A stretch of 64,000 nucleotides of DNA from Candidatus Poribacteria bacterium. GTDB lineage: Bacteria; Poribacteria; WGA-4E; WGA-3G. Below the pieces are notes generated by a model. It was not told where the DNA came from, did not search any database, and was given only the letters and a program-made list of their open reading frames with translations. The stretch lies in NCBI GenBank assembly GCA_965207855.1, contig OZ242310.1, positions 1,811,600 through 1,875,599 of the forward strand, in the 5' to 3' direction. The translations under genes were made by a program, and so were the position numbers. Below are positions 9,901-18,059 of the stretch, one piece after another (the stretch's first letter is position 1; every line of letters begins with the position of its first letter).

Positions 9901-10317
9901 TGCTTCAATACAAGTGAAAACAGTGTCAGGTGCCGCACAAATTGCTTCATATTTAAACTCCAGGTCGTGCCATCGGGCACCATTGTGTTCGGATGGGATT
10001 CCTGTATATATATGAATCCCCCATGATGTATGCCATTGTCTCATCTCCCAATTCTCGATCTTTTGACGTTTCAAAAATCGTTCACCGCCAAAAGATTGTG
10101 GAACTCGATCATACCCAGGCACCCCTCCGACTGGCATAACGGAGATATTCGCCTGCTCCAAGTCATAGAGTCGCACAGGATATCTGTGCGCGCAATAGGC
10201 TGTGAAGTGGTAAAGAAGTCCCTTATAGATCGCAGGTGTTACAACGGTTTTCCGTTGTTGAAGTGGATTCTTATGTCGCTGATGACAGCGTTGAATAATA
10301 TCTTTCAAGGAATTCAT
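6904..10317 (-). CDS. Large (1137 aa) cytosolic hypothetical protein: N-terminal segment weakly primase-polymerase-like, Cys cluster CPGCPVYIAC, C-terminal winged-helix-like DNA-binding segment
   Basis: Single uninterrupted ORF, no signal peptide. 'WHDLEFKYE' / 'TKSGGLRFSCRV' / 'LEILGEAGHSPWDARYEV' resemble PrimPol motifs I-III only loosely. C-terminal '...REQILSLLADGEKEMVEMRTSIDGHPQAIHKELTRLTKLGEIEKVRRGVYRL' is typical of a wHTH. Confidence 0.6.
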   Translation of the reverse strand: MNSLKDIIQRCHQRHKNPLQQRKTVVTPAIYKGLLYHFTAYCAHRYPVRLYDLEQANISVMPVGGVPGYDRVPQSFGGERFLKRQKIENWEMRQWHTSWGIHIYTGIPSEHNGARWHDLEFKYEAICAAPDTVFTCIEALISVTKNPLLTLTKSGGLRFSCRVPDYLHPGTEHDRFYIYKDMPTSENLHQRDVYLEILGEAGHSPWDARYEVLQGDLLNPPMIAKEVLFTTIDTLRERLHEPDLLGTEKPGSTSEVLVTPPPSLGSHKLDLAKEAFLKRGFSYLRNENGFHCWRKEPVGDDSTDVLLWERNGEIWLRASTSGVGLPTEDTRITDVWDDTGILPLIRATGLPVSEKVRSVRDGKLSPLGIKRPASVLQKPEGTEKVYEALEKNIAQIQSAFHTDARVIGLVAETGARHNYEVESHLLREDAASFSADFTIVEKAMGHFQRRNLPSVARWRRVSFLWDQVKEIPVEARMETPFERGNVCEDPERFIALLEKEVDSTKILCPGCPVYIACQERGYLSQTPKLQRAKTQIFGHPQAFLDPQELAVIEDLPEPIDDTERLYIIDGMKMDKMFLKCDISKNRLEAWSVNWQTSALGNFARTLLYALEIENTSDNLVVKRIRTVAEAFQQHEAELIRQMCQVNVRCRVIEQSTVDEGTEEELSRFTIEFEGGVSAHIPLSISTADKLMARGLSIFEPESFVLDEDVRIPMSIEQAIRLGILDMRTVEKIREFPSVYRNPNWTFWHQLKRFLSHYSRDADAPMIWYNNVLWFWVPPVLHPGIKRLLLMSATLSKQDFHKAFPDEEIKTIHISPTPWVTGNQVFQIRSGVHTLKTLLDYDSTWDVIGLSKMGERFLLGICAEIERDPSVKHAIITYDPIIEQLRDIREKENVCLLTEFKTQNNLETAFEAAEVVWIVGTPYWEPGAMWRWAQILLGNDEEPLCYEADIEFQHYKDERIQRIYTQTVADVITEIIGRAGLNRLRNKKVVLINSLEIPNITDRPETLLFDWEDFELAGSLDKLTETIAVRQQFEAERENLTAETPRIEVERVLGCSSRQANRTLKKLRGGNIPRVTFREQILSLLADGEKEMVEMRTSIDGHPQAIHKELTRLTKLGEIEKVRRGVYRLPKTSPPNPH

Positions 10318-10767
10318 CGGTCCGTCTCCATTATAATGCGTGGAATGAATTTAGGTGGTATTTGTATTTATCTGATACAGAAAATTATTTTACATTCAGT
10401 TTTTTAGGAGTGCTTTCAAGAACTGTATGATACATAATATCACAAATATTCCTCTTATTCAAGTTTTTCAGCGGTAGGTATCCACAGAAAAGGGAAGGAC
10501 AGAAGACATGAGCAATGAAGTGCCAGCACTTATTTACGCCAAAAATCAGTAAATTCAAAACAAGTTTTTGTGAAACTTCCATTTGACTTAATGCGTTAAT
10601 CAGTGTTAAGACATTTTATTTATATAGTTAATAGTATCTAATAATATGTCTTAATACTGATAATCTTGACGTGAAAATCGGGGAGAACGTAGCAGGTGGA
10701 AAAGTAAGTCCTGTTGCGATTGATATTCCTACCGCACAAAAATCTGAATCTGAATAGGAATTTAGCT

Positions 10768-12408
10768 ATGAAAACAGTATTGAGAAGAACAGGAAAAATC
10801 GCTTTGGTTATCTGTTTGCTGATGTTCAGCATACAAACTTTTACCTACTGCCAAGATGCGGATGAGATCAGACCCGTCACTATGCGCACAGACAGAGTCC
10901 GCGAGGCGATTGTCGCAGCCGTTCCAGGTATAAATGCCGCTGCCGATGTCACTGAAGAGCACCTCGCAGCAATTACAACCCTCGATCTCAGCGGACAGGG
11001 AATCCTATCGCTTGTCCTTGGCGATTTCGATGGGCTCACCGGACTGACAAAACTCGATCTCGGAAGGAATGATTTGCTGTTCCTGCAAAGCAATATGTTT
11101 GCGGGTCTTAGCGCACTTGAAGAACTCAATCTCGCATACAGTGATTTCGAGGCGTTGCCAGAAGGGATATTTGATGAACTCACAGCTCTGAGAAAAATCG
11201 ATCTCTCAGGCAATAAGTTCACGACCTTACGCAGCGACGTTTTTGAACACAATACCGATCTCACACACATTGATTTACGCGACTTGAACCAAAGCACGTT
11301 GACGACTTTACCCGACGGCATTTTCGATAACAATACCCGTCTCACACATCTTGATTGCTACTGGGGCGTGTTGATGACTTTACCCGACGGTATTTTCGAT
11401 AACAATATCAACCTACAGGAGGTCGCGTTCAACCACAACAAGCTGACTTCTTTACCCGACGGTATTTTTGATAACAATACCAGTTTACAGGTTATCAATT
11501 TTAGATACAACGCGTTGATGACTTTACCCGACGGTATTTTTGATAACAATACCAACCTACAGCGTATCTATTTCGACAGCAACAAGTTGACGACTTTACC
11601 TGACGATATTTTTGACAACAATACCAATCTACAGCGTATCTGGTTTGAAGACAACAAGTTGACGACTTTACCAGATGGGATCTTTGTAGGACTGACTCAG
11701 TTGAAAATTGTAAATCTCTGGCGTAACGACGGGGACGGTCCTATCGGTATTTTAACACTCCCTATCCTGTTAGAAGTGGTCGAAAACCAAGCGGGACAGT
11801 TCAAGGTGAAGATACCTTCTGGGACCCCTCTCAATTTAACCGTTTCGCTAACTGCTACCAACGGAACCATCGCTAATTCAGTGACGAGCGTCACAATTCC
11901 TGCTGGGGGGTCGGAAAGTGATGCACTTACGGTAACACGCACCGCCGGAACAATGGGTGCTGTCACTGTAGATGTCGGGACTTTGCGGTATGGACCTGGA
12001 TCACGTATTGTGGGCTTCTACTTCGTCAAGTCCGATAGCCTACCGTTGGAAATCTTTGAAGCCGCTGCGGGGGCGGCGGCACCCCCTCTCGTGAACGATA
12101 ATAACGCAGCACCTAATGCCACGCAACTCTTAGCGAACTTCCCAAACCCGTTCAATCCTGAAACATGGATACCCTATCATCTCGCTATGCCAAGCAACGT
12201 CAGCATTAGCATATACGACGCACACGGCAGAATCGTCCGAGACCTACACCTCGGGCATCAACAACAGGGATACTACACCACACAGAGCAAAGCAGCATAT
12301 TGGGACGGTAGAAACAACATCGTTGAACCCGTCGCAAGTGGTGTCTATTTCTACCAACTCCAAACCGATCATGCCTCAGTTATGCGAAAGATGCTCATCC
12401 TGAAATAG
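10768..12408 (+). CDS. Secreted leucine-rich-repeat (LRR) protein with Ig-like region and Por/T9SS-type C-terminal sorting domain
   Basis: Signal peptide MKTVLRRTGKIALVICLLMFSIQTFTYC. ~24-aa repeats 'L(T/M)TLPDGIFDNNTxLxxIxFxxNKL'. C-terminal 'LLANFPNPFNPETWIPYHL...YWDGRNN...SGVYFYQL...RKMLILK'. Confidence 0.85.
   Translation: MKTVLRRTGKIALVICLLMFSIQTFTYCQDADEIRPVTMRTDRVREAIVAAVPGINAAADVTEEHLAAITTLDLSGQGILSLVLGDFDGLTGLTKLDLGRNDLLFLQSNMFAGLSALEELNLAYSDFEALPEGIFDELTALRKIDLSGNKFTTLRSDVFEHNTDLTHIDLRDLNQSTLTTLPDGIFDNNTRLTHLDCYWGVLMTLPDGIFDNNINLQEVAFNHNKLTSLPDGIFDNNTSLQVINFRYNALMTLPDGIFDNNTNLQRIYFDSNKLTTLPDDIFDNNTNLQRIWFEDNKLTTLPDGIFVGLTQLKIVNLWRNDGDGPIGILTLPILLEVVENQAGQFKVKIPSGTPLNLTVSLTATNGTIANSVTSVTIPAGGSESDALTVTRTAGTMGAVTVDVGTLRYGPGSRIVGFYFVKSDSLPLEIFEAAAGAAAPPLVNDNNAAPNATQLLANFPNPFNPETWIPYHLAMPSNVSISIYDAHGRIVRDLHLGHQQQGYYTTQSKAAYWDGRNNIVEPVASGVYFYQLQTDHASVMRKMLILK
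11053..11743 (+). repeat. Tandem LRR-coding repeats (about 72-bp period) inside the LRR gene
   Basis: Near-identical DNA units, e.g. 'actttacccgacggtatttttgataacaataccaa' repeated at least 6 times between 11300 and 11690. Confidence 0.8.
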
Positions 12409-12569
12409 TATCAAATGATCTTATGATAGTTAGAATGCTGATGTTTATTAACTTCCCAACTATCATTTCTGAGGCCGTTTTTGAATAGTGCGATTGTGCC
12501 GCGTTCGGTTATTTGCTTTGGTATAGTTTGCTGGCATTTGAGAGGATTCCATCGTTTGGTGCCTGCATG

Positions 12570-13559
12570 TCAACGTAACCCTGCCGCCCGCAATACCGTC
12601 TCCTGAACTGCGAACTCGTGATCCAGTGAACGATCAGGAGATTTCTCACCTCGAATGTCAGCGACAAACGCTTGAAGGCTTTCGACGTAACGCGGACGAG
12701 GCTCCACAGGGACCGTCTGCCAGCCTTTCGCATACCCATCCCGTTCTTCATCAAGACACAACCGCAACGCTGGCGGTTCAAGCGGCTCAAGAATCGCGCT
12801 CCCGCGTGTCCCGTAGACTTCCAATCGTCTCGACTTACCCGAATCCACTTCCAACGCCGTAGACTCAAGAATCGCCAATGTCCTTGGATATTCAAACACA
12901 GCTGCTGTATTGTTCCGATACCACGGCACATCATGTCCATCGTGCCTTGAAAAGGGTGTCACCCGTGTCGGTCGTCCTAACAGGGCAACGATAATATCGG
13001 TAAGATGACAGGCGAGGATAAACATGATACCGCCGGAGTGTTCACCGAGTGAATCCCAGCGTTGCCAATGTGCCTCACTTGAAGGTCCTGATGAGATGCG
13101 TCCGCGAACAGAAAAAATTTCGCCGAGTTTGCCGGAATGCACCCAATCAAGAATAAACTGAAAGCCTGCGTTGTAGCGGAACATATAACCGAGTTGAACA
13201 AGCAGATTTCTGTCTCGTGCAATCTCTAAGACCTCTCGGAATTCATCAAGGTTATCGCCAGCCGGTTTATCGAACCAGACATGCTTGCCGTGTTCAAGAA
13301 TCTCCCGTGCAAAGGTGAGATTCTGCGACACACGTCCCTGCGCTGCAATCCCTATGATTGTTTCATCTTCGAGTATCTCTGCTTTGGACGTAAACCAGTG
13401 AATGCCTTCATAGACGGAACTTTGACCAAGGGTTTCTCGTACCTCTGATGAGGGTTCAAAGACACCAGCGAACTCAATTTCGTCACTTTCCTTCATCACA
13501 CGGGCTTTCCCCGAAGCGTGGTCGTGGGAGATGCCGTATTGTGCAAGTCTCAATTTCAC
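12570..13559 (-). CDS. Gfo/Idh/MocA family NAD(P)-dependent oxidoreductase
   Basis: 329 aa; N-terminal Rossmann 'MKLRLAQYGISHDHASG...FAGVFEP' and C-terminal alpha/beta domain typical of the family. Confidence 0.8.
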   Translation of the reverse strand: MKLRLAQYGISHDHASGKARVMKESDEIEFAGVFEPSSEVRETLGQSSVYEGIHWFTSKAEILEDETIIGIAAQGRVSQNLTFAREILEHGKHVWFDKPAGDNLDEFREVLEIARDRNLLVQLGYMFRYNAGFQFILDWVHSGKLGEIFSVRGRISSGPSSEAHWQRWDSLGEHSGGIMFILACHLTDIIVALLGRPTRVTPFSRHDGHDVPWYRNNTAAVFEYPRTLAILESTALEVDSGKSRRLEVYGTRGSAILEPLEPPALRLCLDEERDGYAKGWQTVPVEPRPRYVESLQAFVADIRGEKSPDRSLDHEFAVQETVLRAAGLR

Positions 13560-13707
13560 CTTTTTTCTCCTTAGATAATATCATGCTTGAAATTTAATGA
13601 TTACCAAAAACAGCGGGTAAAGTCTCATACAATTCTATCATAGAACCCCCATTGGTTCATAGAAAAAATGGGTGTGATTTTTCGCTGCTTGTGCTAAACT
13701 TTATCGT

Positions 13708-13992
13708 ATGAAAATCTCAATTCAACTCCAATTCTACACCAAACTGGATTGCCCGCTCTGTGACGAGGCAAAAGAGGTGTTGGAGAGTGTTAAAGCAAAA
13801 ATGTCGTTTATTGCCATAGAAGAAATCGACATCACTAAGGATCTGAGGTTATTCACGAAATATCAGCATCTGATTCCCGTACTCGAGTTGGATGGACAAC
13901 GACTTTTTGTGCATCGCATTGCCGAAAAAAAATTGATGTGGCGATTGCGGTGGTACCGGTTTTGGAGGATTTTGATCAAGTTGGCAAGTTAA
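13708..13992 (+). CDS. Glutaredoxin-like thioredoxin-fold protein (DUF836 type, CPLC motif)
   Basis: 'QFYTKLDCPLCDEAKEVL...IPVLELDGQRLFVHRI'; 3' end runs through an A8 homopolymer and overlaps next gene. Confidence 0.55.
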   Translation: MKISIQLQFYTKLDCPLCDEAKEVLESVKAKMSFIAIEEIDITKDLRLFTKYQHLIPVLELDGQRLFVHRIAEKKLMWRLRWYRFWRILIKLAS

Positions 13993-14024
13993 AACTTACT
14001 ATAGAAAATAACAAGGAGATACGC

Positions 14025-15644
14025 ATGGCTTTTCCATCTCATGGTACAACACACCGATCCACCGTAACGGGGACACGCGGCATGGCGACGAGTGCGCATC
14101 CGCTTGCGAGTCTTGCGGGGGCACGCATGTTGCTCGCTGGCGGTAATGCGTTTGATGCAGCAGTCGCAGTGGCTTCGACACTCAACGTCGTTGAACCTTA
14201 CATGTCCGGTATTGCTGGCAACGGGTATATGTTGCTCTATAGCGCGAAGGAAAAAACGCACCGCGTGATAGATTATCTCGGCACCGCGCCTTATGCGGCG
14301 ACGCTGGATGTCTACCCGACCCTCGAAAGCCAACAGATTGGTATTCGTGCCGGTATGGTCCCCGGTGGATGTGGGGGGTGGTTGGCTGCGCTGGACCGGT
14401 ATGGAAGTATGTCTCGCGCAGATGTTTTCGCGCCAGCGATTGAGTTGGCAGAAAATGGATACGCCGTTACCGTCAAGAATGCGGAATTTATGGAGGGTGC
14501 GTACCACTATTTTTCGGAAAGGGCTGCCGAGGTGATTGCCTCACGAGGTAGAACCCCACATCCCGGTGAGGTCTTGGTGCAGAAGGACCTTGCGCAGACG
14601 TTCCGAACGGTTGCCGAAGGGGGCGCAGAGGCATTCTATCGCGGCGATATTGCCAAAGAGATTGTCCGCTTTTCCGAAGAGACGGATGGGTTGATAACTG
14701 AAAGGGATTTGACTGATTTTGAGGTGTTGTGGCAGGAACCGATCTCCGTTACTTACAAAGATTACGAAGTTTATTGTCCACCGCCGCCATGTTCAGGCTT
14801 TCAGTATCTGGAGACGCTGAATATCTTGGAGAACGATGCACTCGGTGAACTCGGACACAATACCCCCGAATACCTCCATCTGTTGATTGAAGCCATTAAA
14901 CTGGCGAGTGCGGATAGGGCAGAACACGCACCACGTCCGAACCCACCGATTGAACGGTTGTTGTCTAAGGACTATGCCCGTTCACAACGCCAACGCATTG
15001 GCGAACAAGCGGCAGTCAGTGGGGGTGAACGCTGGTCGAAAGACAAACTACCCGGTGAAATTATCGCTAACGATTGGACGACCGAATGCACAACCCACTT
15101 TGATACCGCTGATGCCGAGGGCAATATCGTTGCAGTGACACAGAGCCTCGGTCAACCCTTCGGCTCAGGTGTAATTCTCGGTTCAACCGGAATGTTTCTT
15201 AACAATTTCATGAACTGGTTTGATAGGATCCCAGAGAGTCCGAATGCCGTTGGACCGCACAAACGGATAGAGATGTGCATGTCGCCGTGCCAAGTCTGGA
15301 AAGGCGGTAGTCCGTTTGCCGCAATCGGTACACCGGGAAGCCACGGCATCCTTCAGACAACGCTCCAGATGGTATTGAATCTAATTGAACACGGAATGAA
15401 TGTCCAAGCGGCGATTGAGGCACCGCGCGTTCGATTGATTAATCCTGGGACGCATGTGAGTATGGAGGGACGTATTCCTGTTGCAGTTCGTGCAGCGTTG
15501 GAAGCGCGTGGGCATGATGTAGAGGTGTTGCCCGATTGGACAGCAACCGTTGGAGGCGGTCACGGTATTGCCTTTGATACAGAAGAAGGCAGTTTCATGG
15601 GTGGTGCTGACCCGCGGCGCGATGGGTATGCCATAGGGGTCTGA
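14025..15644 (+). CDS. ggt: Gamma-glutamyltransferase family protein (paralog 1)
   Basis: 'GTRGMATSAHPLAS..GARMLLAGGNAFDAAVA...SGIAGNGYML' and catalytic-Thr region 'TTHFDTADAEGNIVAVTQSLGQPFGSGV'; ATG at 14025 preceded by AAGGAGA. Confidence 0.9.
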   Translation: MAFPSHGTTHRSTVTGTRGMATSAHPLASLAGARMLLAGGNAFDAAVAVASTLNVVEPYMSGIAGNGYMLLYSAKEKTHRVIDYLGTAPYAATLDVYPTLESQQIGIRAGMVPGGCGGWLAALDRYGSMSRADVFAPAIELAENGYAVTVKNAEFMEGAYHYFSERAAEVIASRGRTPHPGEVLVQKDLAQTFRTVAEGGAEAFYRGDIAKEIVRFSEETDGLITERDLTDFEVLWQEPISVTYKDYEVYCPPPPCSGFQYLETLNILENDALGELGHNTPEYLHLLIEAIKLASADRAEHAPRPNPPIERLLSKDYARSQRQRIGEQAAVSGGERWSKDKLPGEIIANDWTTECTTHFDTADAEGNIVAVTQSLGQPFGSGVILGSTGMFLNNFMNWFDRIPESPNAVGPHKRIEMCMSPCQVWKGGSPFAAIGTPGSHGILQTTLQMVLNLIEHGMNVQAAIEAPRVRLINPGTHVSMEGRIPVAVRAALEARGHDVEVLPDWTATVGGGHGIAFDTEEGSFMGGADPRRDGYAIGV

Positions 15645-15709
15645 AAATGGTTTATCCGAACCTAAGATATTTTTCAGATTTCATATCTATCATAAAGTGA
15701 ACTCTGTAT

Positions 15710-15733
15710 TTGTAGCACAAACTTTTAGTTTGG
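15710..15733 (+). repeat. REP-like GTAG-headed palindrome, core family copy (TTGTAGCACAAACTTTTAGTTTGG)
   Basis: Read directly; 66 bp downstream of ggt stop and 33 bp upstream of BMP gene start. Confidence 0.6.
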
Positions 15734-15765
15734 GACTTATCATAATGTTTTTTTAAGGAGCAGAC

Positions 15766-16815
15766 ATGAAAAATTTAAGTGTTTTGAGCAAATACCTTTT
15801 TTTAGCGTTCGGACTACTTTCAATCTGTGGTTGCGACGCGATTCAGGACGCAATCCTCACCGAACCACCGAGCGAGATGGACACTACATCACTTCACGTA
15901 ACGATGATATATCCCAGCGATTGCGTTGGTGCCGCGGCTTACTGTGATGCTTTCCATATCGGTGTAAGGGCTGCGGCGGCAGAGCTTGGAATTGTGCTGA
16001 CTGAAGTAAACGGTATAGAAAGCGATCCTGTAGCCACAGGGATGCTCCTGAGGGATGCAGCACAAAATTCAGAACTTGTTTTGACAGCAGGTTATCAGAT
16101 GGGAGACGTACTCGCTCGCGTGGCACCAGAATTTCCGGATGTCCAATTTGCAATTTTTGATGTTGTACTTGATATTCCAAATGTGGTTTCTGTGAACTAT
16201 AAGTCTAACGAAGGATCGTTTCTGGTCGGCGCAATTGCAGGTTTAAAATCGGAGAGTAACAAAGTCGGTTATATCGGAGGCGCGGATGTTCCCCTGTTAC
16301 ACGAGTTTGAAGCAGGCTATATTGCTGGAGTTCACGCAGTCAATCCAGATGCTGAAGTCACTGTGGAATATATTAGCAAAGATGCGGCAGGTTTTAATCA
16401 ACCTGAAAGGGCAAAAGAACTCGCTTTAGCACAATATGCAAACGGGGTTGATGTAATTTACACCGCTGCCGGTGGATCCGGTCAAGGCGTGCTTGAAGCA
16501 GCACAAGAACAACAAAAGTTCATCATTTGGGTTGACTCCAATGGTAACCATCTTGCACCGGGACTTGTCTTGACGAGTATGACAAAAGAGATTCCGACTT
16601 CTGTCCAACGCATCATCCGAGAAATCGCTGAAGGCAATTTTATGGCAGGTATTCGTCTCTTTGGTGTGGCAGAGGGGGATGTCAGTTATGCCGTTGACGA
16701 ACACAATCAATCGCTGCTCTCGGACGACATCATAGATACTGTCGAATCACTGAAGGCAAAAATCATTGCTGGCGAGATTGCTGTTCCGAACACAGTTTCG
16801 CTGCCTCGCGAATGA
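15766..16815 (+). CDS. BMP-family (Bmp/PnrA-like) ABC transporter substrate-binding lipoprotein
   Basis: Lipobox LLSICGC; 'VGYIGGADVPLLHEFEAGYIAGVHAVNPDAEV...IYTAAGGSGQGVLEAA' typical of the basic membrane protein family. Confidence 0.85.
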   Translation: MKNLSVLSKYLFLAFGLLSICGCDAIQDAILTEPPSEMDTTSLHVTMIYPSDCVGAAAYCDAFHIGVRAAAAELGIVLTEVNGIESDPVATGMLLRDAAQNSELVLTAGYQMGDVLARVAPEFPDVQFAIFDVVLDIPNVVSVNYKSNEGSFLVGAIAGLKSESNKVGYIGGADVPLLHEFEAGYIAGVHAVNPDAEVTVEYISKDAAGFNQPERAKELALAQYANGVDVIYTAAGGSGQGVLEAAQEQQKFIIWVDSNGNHLAPGLVLTSMTKEIPTSVQRIIREIAEGNFMAGIRLFGVAEGDVSYAVDEHNQSLLSDDIIDTVESLKAKIIAGEIAVPNTVSLPRE

Positions 16816-16993
16816 TGCTGATGATAACGTGAATTCGATAAAAAGGTCTTATATGGTCTAAAAACGCCTGGAGCCGTTGTTCATCGATCACTCGAAATTT
16901 AATTGCTGTTAGCGGAATTGTGCTATGCTTCTTTGTTTGGATTCAGAAATTGTGGACATGAAGCACGGCATCACTTTACTATCAACGCCGGTA

Positions 16994-17932
16994 TTAATAA
17001 CTTCGTAGGACGGTTCCCTTGGCACCGACGATCCAACCCGCATTTTTATTCAGATAAATATCCTGCAAGTTATGCTGTGCCGGTGAAGGATAACGGTGCC
17101 ATGTCCGTCCACTGTCTTCTGTCCGAAGGATCAGCCCTTTCTCGCCGATTGCCCATCCGCTTGTTGCGTCGTGAAATGCGACATCTCGTAGGTTTTCGTT
17201 GATTGGACTTCTCTGCCGAAGCCACGTTCTCCCACCATTCGCAGTGTGGAGGATCAGCCCATTTGTACCGACAATCCACCCGCGCGATACGTCTGTGAAA
17301 TAAACACTAAATAGGGGCTGCTCGGCATGGCTTGCCTGACGCACCCATCGTTTTCCGCCATCTTGGGTGTGAAGCACCTCGCCTTCTTCCCCGACAATCC
17401 ACCCGCGCTGTGGATCGACAAAATGGACACCCCAGAGGTGTTTATCTGAAAGGTCTTGTATGTTTTCCCAACGACCGCCGCCGTTTTCTGTCCAAAGAAC
17501 CGTCCCTTTTCCGCCAACTGCCCAACCTTCCGTTTTGCTAACGAAGTGGAGATCCAAGATACCCGGCGGTCTACTTTGACTCCGTATTTGGTGTTGGACA
17601 TTCCACGTAGCCCCGCCGCTCGCTGTGTAATGCACTTGCCCAATACTGGCGAGCCAACCGTTATTTGGTGTTGTGAAATTAACCTGCGTCAACGCGTCTT
17701 TGGAAATAGATGACGATTGCCAAGTCGTACCACCGTCGGTGGTAGATAGAACCGTCCCCGCAGTACCAACTGCCCAACCGCGCGTGGCATCCACAAAATG
17801 GACACCGTAGAGATGGGTGTCTGTACCGCTCTCAATCTGCCGCCACTCGAATTGTGCGCCATCTTCGGAGCAACCGAAGTACACGAGACTTCCACAAAGC
17901 ATAATCAGTATGAGGTAGTTCTTTTTCTGCAT
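16994..17932 (-). CDS. Ycf48-like / BNR (Asp-box) repeat beta-propeller lipoprotein
   Basis: Lipoprotein signal ILIMLCGSLVYFGCSE; repeated 'GWAVG.(A/G)GT(V/I)L.T.DGG.TW' Asp-box units; ATG at 17932 with AAGGA upstream (ORF-finder's TTG at 17956 is the alternative). Confidence 0.7.
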   Translation of the reverse strand: MQKKNYLILIMLCGSLVYFGCSEDGAQFEWRQIESGTDTHLYGVHFVDATRGWAVGTAGTVLSTTDGGTTWQSSSISKDALTQVNFTTPNNGWLASIGQVHYTASGGATWNVQHQIRSQSRPPGILDLHFVSKTEGWAVGGKGTVLWTENGGGRWENIQDLSDKHLWGVHFVDPQRGWIVGEEGEVLHTQDGGKRWVRQASHAEQPLFSVYFTDVSRGWIVGTNGLILHTANGGRTWLRQRSPINENLRDVAFHDATSGWAIGEKGLILRTEDSGRTWHRYPSPAQHNLQDIYLNKNAGWIVGAKGTVLRSY

Positions 17933-18059
17933 TTCAGGGTCCTTTTTTCTGAACAAAATTTTTATTGCATCTAATTGCTGGATCGTGATAAACTATAACT
18001 ATTATAAGGAATCTGTAGGTGAATTGTCAAGTGCTTTGGAGGTGGCACACTGGTGTATC

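Noticed and set aside
11358-11555. Antisense ORFs inside repeat genes (11358..11555 in the LRR gene; 53677..54349 and 60042..61391 inside the WD40 genes)
   Set aside because: The tandem DNA repeats keep a frame open on the opposite strand by periodicity; products are repetitive with no signal or family features.
13925-13932. A8 homopolymer near the 3' end of the DUF836 gene; a +1 shift would fuse it in frame to the ggt extension
   Set aside because: A glutaredoxin-GGT fusion is biologically implausible; current frame gives a normal-length DUF836 protein. Noted only as a possible slippage/sequencing-error site.
13938-14024. N-terminal extension of ggt (ORF-finder start 13938) overlapping the DUF836 gene
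   Set aside because: ATG at 14025 has a strong AAGGAGA RBS and aligns with the start of GGT homologs.
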